Shown here piece by piece: positions 59,187 to 64,000 of a stretch of DNA of 64,000 bases. The stretch is from Planctomycetota bacterium (GTDB lineage Bacteria > Planctomycetota > Planctomycetia > JALXBF01). The stretch is taken from positions 1 to 64,000 of the forward strand of contig JALXBF010000183.1 of the NCBI GenBank assembly GCA_026991575.1, in the 5' to 3' direction. A model generated the notes under the pieces. That model made no database searches. It was not told the origin of the DNA and saw nothing but the letters and a program-made list of their open reading frames with translations. The position numbers and the translations under genes are program-made. The first letter of the stretch is position 1; each line of letters starts with the position of its first letter.

Positions 59187-59594
59187 TCAACTCTGGCTCT
59201 CCTGGGCAAGCAGCTCCCGGACCAGCAATTGGGCGATCGCTTCCAGCTGGTGGCCATACACGGTGATGTATCGGGTAACCCCCGACAACATCAACTCCTG
59301 TAGCAGGCAGCCCCGCGTGGCTTGTTCCCGGACGAGAGCGATTACCGGGAGATGTCCCCCAAGGACGTGGCGCAGATGTCTGACCCACGCCAGCTGAGCG
59401 GCGGCAACCGGGGCGTCGATATGGATGATGGCACCGTCCAGGTCGGTGAACGCCGCACTGAGCGAATCAGGATGCTCGCCAATCGGTACACGGCTAACGA
59501 TCTGGACTTCACAGCCGAAGCTACTCAGCCGGCTGCAGAGGTGCGCCGCTACAGTCGTCTTGGGATCGCACAACAGCAGGATGCGTCGTTTCAT
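59187..59594 (-). CDS. Hypothetical protein, possibly a degenerate receiver domain
   Basis: GGAG RBS. RILLLCD...LDGAIIHID...LPVIAL...GVTRYI follows the (beta/alpha)5 receiver pattern but lacks the canonical Asp and Lys. Confidence 0.5.
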   Translation of the reverse strand: MKRRILLLCDPKTTVAAHLCSRLSSFGCEVQIVSRVPIGEHPDSLSAAFTDLDGAIIHIDAPVAAAQLAWVRHLRHVLGGHLPVIALVREQATRGCLLQELMLSGVTRYITVYGHQLEAIAQLLVRELLAQESQS

Positions 59595-59826
59595 CGTTCT
59601 CCGTGCATATTGCGCCTGGCACACGGACTGCGAGCGGCCGCGGCCCCCGTGCGGACCCGGTGCGTAACACGCCCCTTGAGCGCCTCTAGCGGTAGGCCTA
59701 TCGGCTCCCGGCTGTTGCTGGCCATGACGTCTTGTTTGGACCCAGCGACTACTACCAGCCATTTCCCGACGACGCGTCGGCGTGCGGTGTCCTGGTAGCT
59801 TGCCCTTGCCGGCTGCCCAAATGCAA

Positions 59827-59851
59827 GAGGCGCAGGGCGTCCCTGCGCCTC
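59827..59851 (-). terminator. Hairpin terminator downstream of the triple hsp20 operon
   Basis: Perfect 11-bp stem GAGGCGCAGGG/CCCTGCGCCTC. The minus strand continues TTGCATTT. Confidence 0.6.
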
Positions 59852-59904
59852 CGGTGATTGCTTGGGCGACGGCGACCGTTCTTCGTTGCCGGCTCCGGAT
59901 CGGC

Positions 59905-60378
59905 TTACTCGGCCTTGACCAGGACCTTGCGTCCGCGGGCCTCTTCGGGCTTCTTCTTCACGTGAACCTCCAGCACGCCCCTGTGGTAACGGGCCTCTGC
60001 CTGTTCTGGATCAATTCCTGGCGGAAGCGTGATCACGCGGCGAACCACGCCGTAGCGGCGATACTCACCGGTGCCACGCTTTGCTTCCTCGCGCCGTTCG
60101 GCCCGTACCGTGAGCAGGTTTCCGGAGAGCCGGACATCGAAATCCTCCGGCTCAAAGCCCGGGGCGTCAATACGGACCACCACCTCATCGTCGCGGTCCT
60201 CCAGGTCAAGGCCCCAGCGCCAGTCAAACCACGGTCCGACCAGCTCGCGCCGTTCCAGGAACCGGCCGAAGAGCCGGTCGATTTCGTCGCGAAGACGCAC
60301 CAGCGGTTCTAGTTCGGTTGCCACCGGCTCGTGAGCCTTCTGACTACGCCGCCTTCTCCACGGAACCAGCGCAAACAT
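59905..60378 (-). CDS. Hsp20 small heat-shock protein
   Basis: LRDEIDRLF, IDAPGFEPEDFDV, ITLPPGID and ARYHRGVLEV. GGAGG RBS. Confidence 0.93.
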   Translation of the reverse strand: MFALVPWRRRRSQKAHEPVATELEPLVRLRDEIDRLFGRFLERRELVGPWFDWRWGLDLEDRDDEVVVRIDAPGFEPEDFDVRLSGNLLTVRAERREEAKRGTGEYRRYGVVRRVITLPPGIDPEQAEARYHRGVLEVHVKKKPEEARGRKVLVKAE

Positions 60379-60483
60379 GGCTCACCTCCCGTGCGCTCGC
60401 ACGTGCTACTGCACGCTGCTTAGAGCACCCCGTCATCAGAGCCCCTCCTGGGCCGACGTGCTCCTGCGTGGTAGCCGCACGGA

Positions 60484-60879
60484 TCAGCCGGTCTTAACCG
60501 GGATCCGGCGCGGCTTGGCCTCAGCGGCCTTTGGCAGGTGCACGATCAGCACGCCGTCTCGATACTCGGCGTGGATCTTATCAGGGTCGACGTCCTCGTA
60601 CACGACGAACGTGCGGACGTAGTCGCCCACGCCGTATTCGCGGAACAGGTAGTCTCGCTGCTCGTCAGCCTCATCCACCCGGCCGTGCACGGTCAGCTCA
60701 CCGTTCTCGAAGCGGATATCGATCTTTTCCGGGTCGAGGCCGGGCATGTCTGCGTAGATCCGCAGTTCTTCGTCCGTCTCCAGGATGTCGACCAGCGGCG
60801 TGTAGGCAACACCGCCACGGGTGCGCTCAGGCATGAGCACACCACTTGTTGGAACCTTCGTCGCCAGTTCCCGTGCCAT
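60484..60879 (-). CDS. Hsp20 small heat-shock protein
   Basis: YTPLVDILET, ADMPG, REYGVGDYVRTF and AEYRDGVLIVHLPK. AGGAGG RBS. Confidence 0.93.
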   Translation of the reverse strand: MARELATKVPTSGVLMPERTRGGVAYTPLVDILETDEELRIYADMPGLDPEKIDIRFENGELTVHGRVDEADEQRDYLFREYGVGDYVRTFVVYEDVDPDKIHAEYRDGVLIVHLPKAAEAKPRRIPVKTG

Positions 60880-60977
60880 GGCTGTCTCCCTCCTTTTTCG
60901 GTCTGTAGTGTCCCGACCGACGGTTCCCGGCCCGGGCTCTTCGCCCGGGCCCAACGGCGTTCGATCCAGCCGGCCGA

Positions 60978-61451
60978 TCACTCGGCCTTCACCGGGATCT
61001 TCCGGGCACGAGCCGACTCGGCCTTCGGCAGCCGAATTCGCAGCAGACCGTTGTGCAGCGTAGCCTCGACCTTCTCTGCGTCGACCTCAACCGGCAAGGT
61101 AATCACCCGCGTGAACGACCCGAACATACGCTCACGCCGGTGCCAGGTTCCCTTTTCGACCTGCGGAGCTTTCCGCTCGCCGCGAATCGTCAGCTGGTTA
61201 TCCCGGGTCACGTAGATCTCAATGTCCTCAAGCGCCATGCCCGGGAGCTCAGCCTCCACGTAGAGCGCCTCGTCGTCCTCCCAGATGTTCAGCGGCGGAA
61301 AGCCCGCGCTGAGCCGTGGCCACGCCGCACTCTCGAACAGATCCAGGCCGAAGTCGCGGAAGATCCGGTTCACCTCACGCTGCAGGCGATTCATCTCCTG
61401 CCAGACGTCAGGCAGCGTGCCGCTGAATGGCTCCCAACGCGTCAGATACAT
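60978..61451 (-). CDS. Hsp20 small heat-shock protein
   Basis: FPPLNIWED, AELPG, RRERMFGSFTRVITLP and NGLLRIRLPK. GGAGG RBS. Confidence 0.95.
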   Translation of the reverse strand: MYLTRWEPFSGTLPDVWQEMNRLQREVNRIFRDFGLDLFESAAWPRLSAGFPPLNIWEDDEALYVEAELPGMALEDIEIYVTRDNQLTIRGERKAPQVEKGTWHRRERMFGSFTRVITLPVEVDAEKVEATLHNGLLRIRLPKAESARARKIPVKAE

Positions 61452-61526
61452 GGCTCCACCTCCCGTCTGAGAACCGACACCCCAACGGAACTGCCACCGA
61501 CCACCGACTGCTCGCCCGGTGAATCT

Positions 61527-61543
61527 TGCAACGTGCGTGCCAG
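61527..61543 (-). promoter_or_regulatory. Sigma-54 (-24/-12) promoter of the hsp20 operon
   Basis: The minus strand reads CTGGCACG-CACG-TTGCA, a consensus match about 75 bp upstream of the first hsp20 start. Confidence 0.85.
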
Positions 61544-61770
61544 ACCGGGGCCGAGAGGGTTGCGGTATGTCCGTGTAAGTGTTTTCCTGGAAATAGGTTG
61601 CGTGAGGAACGCGCCGCGGGCCCGTGCGGACGGTGGAAGTAACGCGAGCGTTGGTGACAAGCTGTCTGGCATCGTGTCAGTTTGTCGGCGCGAACAGGGC
61701 TACTCCGGCGCGATAGGATGCTGTAGAGCTGGCCGCTGTCGTCGTTAGTGTGGCCGTTCGGGGATTGGGT

Positions 61771-62010
61771 ATGACAGACGGATTGCCCGGCGAACTTGGC
61801 AAGTTGTTGATCGGAGTCGGCCTGGTGCTGGTTCTGCTCGGCCTAGTCTTTCTGGCAGCCGGGCGCCTAGGTCTGGGACGGCTGCCCGGCGACATCATCT
61901 GGCGCCGAGACAACGTCACGATCTACTTTCCTATCATGACGTCGCTGATCCTCAGCCTGCTGCTGACGCTGCTGCTGTGGATCATGCAGAGCTTCTCGGG
62001 GCGTTCCTAG
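61771..62010 (+). CDS. DUF2905 family small membrane protein
   Basis: GKLLIGVG...LGRLPGDI...IYFPIMTSLILSLLLTLLL. Confidence 0.88.
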   Translation: MTDGLPGELGKLLIGVGLVLVLLGLVFLAAGRLGLGRLPGDIIWRRDNVTIYFPIMTSLILSLLLTLLLWIMQSFSGRS

Positions 62011-62160
62011 CCGTCCGGGAACAGGCTCCGGTGGCGTGCTGACCCGCCGGTGCTGCTTAACGTCGTTGGCGGTTTGCCGCGCGCCATGTCTCTCAGAGCG
62101 TGTGTCCACGAACCGCGCCGGGCAACCGTGCCTCTGCGCCGGTTCTCAGCGCTGTGCGGG

Positions 62161-63168
62161 TCAGGCAGCGTGCTTGCGCTGCCATTCAAGCCACTGAGCG
62201 CCAGCTTTCGGGTCGCTGAGGTGGCGCGCCATGTCGAGAAAAGCGGCGAAATAGCTTGGGAACACGGGGCCGGAGGAGGGGGCATTGTTGCCAGCGGGGT
62301 ACACCAACGGGTAGGCCGCCGCCGTCTTGTTTTCCGGGATCGTTGCGTACCGGTGGTGGACGCCGTGGAGCGAGATGTTAAACCAGGTAAAGTCGACGAG
62401 CTTACCGAAGAGGGAGTGGTGTACCACCGTGCGGGTCGCCTCTACCGGACCGTTTGCCAGTAGGCCAAGATGCTCAACGTACTTGCGCAGGGACTGTATG
62501 TTCGCTGCCAGCATCGCGGGTACGAGGTAGCAGGATGCCAAGTAGAGCCAGGCGTCTAATGCGGCAGTGACCACCAGGATGCCGGCCCATGCCAGCGCGA
62601 TCAGAGCCAGTTCGACGGCGATCCGACGACGCACCTTGTGGTTACGGATCAGGCTGCCCGGACGCAGGTACGCCCGAAGGAACAGGACCGGTGTGTAGAT
62701 CAGCCCGAACGTCAACTCGACGAACGCCACCAGGCGACGGAACCAGCGGGCGGTGCCTGGGATGGTGAACGGCCACATCTCCTCGTCCTTCTCCGAGTTG
62801 ATGTAGGCATGGTGCAGGTGGTGCGCTGCGCGGTACAGTGAGATCGGGACGAAGGCGAACGTGCCGATGAGCTGGCCAACGACCTCGTTCAGCCAGCGCG
62901 GTGGCGCAAGCGTGTAGTGCGAGCACTCGTGGAAGGCCATCAGGTGGCCGTGCATCAGATGACCAAGCACCAGCCAGAGGGGGACGACGGCCCACCAGAT
63001 GCCTTCGTAAGTGAGGTAGCCTAGCAGGGCAACTAGGCCGAGGAACAGGACGGCCATCACGAGCCACTGGTAGAACGGGGCCCAGCTCTTGCGATGCAGT
63101 TCGATCAAGTAATGGCGGCGTTCTTCGTTGGAGAGGTTCAGGGGCACGGTAGCCGGTGCACTGTGCAT
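62161..63168 (-). CDS. Membrane fatty acid desaturase family protein
   Basis: Three His boxes (HECSH, HHLHH, HGVHH) and TM helices. GGAGG RBS before ATG 63168. Confidence 0.9.
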   Translation of the reverse strand: MHSAPATVPLNLSNEERRHYLIELHRKSWAPFYQWLVMAVLFLGLVALLGYLTYEGIWWAVVPLWLVLGHLMHGHLMAFHECSHYTLAPPRWLNEVVGQLIGTFAFVPISLYRAAHHLHHAYINSEKDEEMWPFTIPGTARWFRRLVAFVELTFGLIYTPVLFLRAYLRPGSLIRNHKVRRRIAVELALIALAWAGILVVTAALDAWLYLASCYLVPAMLAANIQSLRKYVEHLGLLANGPVEATRTVVHHSLFGKLVDFTWFNISLHGVHHRYATIPENKTAAAYPLVYPAGNNAPSSGPVFPSYFAAFLDMARHLSDPKAGAQWLEWQRKHAA

Positions 63169-63715
63169 CGGTGTTCCTCCCATCATCGCGGGGTGGGCGA
63201 CGCCGGGTCACGTGCTGCTTGACCACGTACCCCTTGATCGGCGTCAGGCGGTCCAGAGCGGCAAACACTATGGCCAGGCGAGCGTCCCTGGTGAAGAGGC
63301 TAGCATTCGTGTCCCCTCCGTGCTCACTTACCAATTCTTTCGGCAGTAATCGCGGGGGGCAAGAGCTTTCTCCGGGGCTTCATCGGCCCCGCGGGTCGGT
63401 GATCCGGGCTGCGTCTGCTCGGAGCACACCGCAAGAGCGGCGCGCGCCGAGGCGCCCCCAGGTGGGCTGGGCAGGCCGCGAGTGCCGCTGTGGGGGGTTC
63501 CTCCACAACCGACAGGCAGCGCGTGTCTTGGCTTACCGGCTCGGGGGATTCGCAGACGAAGTTCGCCGTTGTTTGTGGTCCGCCTGGGCGCGCTTGTGAG
63601 AAGCTGCAGACACGATGCACCCTGCTGTATGCGAGTCCCCCTCGCCCGAACACGCCACGAGGTTGTCGAATGTCTCGCGGTCAGGAGCTGCTGTCTGCTC
63701 TTGGTTTCTCCACGG

Positions 63716-63748
63716 AAAAAACGGCGGCGGTCTCAAGAACCGCCGCCG
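63716..63748 (-). terminator. Rho-independent terminator (minus strand)
   Basis: Stem CGGCGGCGGT/ACCGCCGCCG followed on the minus strand by T6. It lies about 33 bp downstream of the stop at 63782. Confidence 0.8.
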
Positions 63749-63781
63749 CGAGACGCGATGGACGTGGCGTGGGTGTGCGTG

Positions 63782-64000
63782 CTACGCGAGTCGATCGGCC
63801 AGGCGGCGCAGGAGCCTGGCCAGCGCCCTACGGAACGTCACGCTCTTGGCAGCAGTTCCCCCGAGTGTCGCCCCAGCCGAGGCCGTTACCAGCAAGGCCG
63901 TCTCTGGTCCAGCTGCATCAGACTCCTCGGCCGCGCCAGCGACGGCGGCGAGGTCCTCTGCGCTGCCACCTTCGGCTGCCAACCGCCGCTCAAGCACCTG
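63782..64000 (-). CDS. C-terminal fragment of an unidentified gene, truncated by the window edge
   Basis: The frame is open to the window end and is followed by a clear terminator. No recognisable motif. Confidence 0.45.
   Translation of the reverse strand, partial: QVLERRLAAEGGSAEDLAAVAGAAEESDAAGPETALLVTASAGATLGGTAAKSVTFRRALARLLRRLADRLA

Noticed and set aside
59617..59632. TGGCACACGGACTGCG sigma-54-like motif on the + strand
   Set aside because: The -12 element is imperfect, and the motif points antisense into the hsp20 operon with no plus-strand gene downstream.

Overview
GC-rich bacterial chromosomal DNA, most likely from a planctomycete. Evidence: LEPR-XLL-type export leaders, an ECF sigma/Ser-Thr kinase pair, and a murC-murB-ddl-ftsQ cluster with no ftsA/ftsZ behind it. 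Contents in order: tRNA-Ala(CGC); an alginate-export-type porin; a type III-B CRISPR-Cas effector operon (cas10/cmr2, cmr3, cmr4, cmr5 and a cmr6-cmr1 fusion) with an intact GGDD cyclase motif but no array, cas6, cas1/2 or adjacent effector; a lone hypD; carbohydrate esterase, PqaA-like and MacAB/TolC-like genes; a DUF488-Clp1 kinase fusion; large exported proteins; an ECF sigma/kinase module; tRNA-Phe(GAA); peptidoglycan genes; and a protein quality-control block (four Hsp20, Lon, rhomboid, ClpP-fold protease, NtrC-type two-component pair) with a consensus sigma-54 promoter. The strongest candidate for an undescribed system is ORF 32245-33669. It reads as a Lon-type Ser-Lys protease domain fused to a C-terminal CARF domain, i.e. 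a putative cyclic-oligoadenylate-activated protease. It lies about 21 kb from the effector-less Cas10 operon and is divergent from a microprotein-ECF sigma-kinase module. All calls come from motif reading by eye; no database searches were run.
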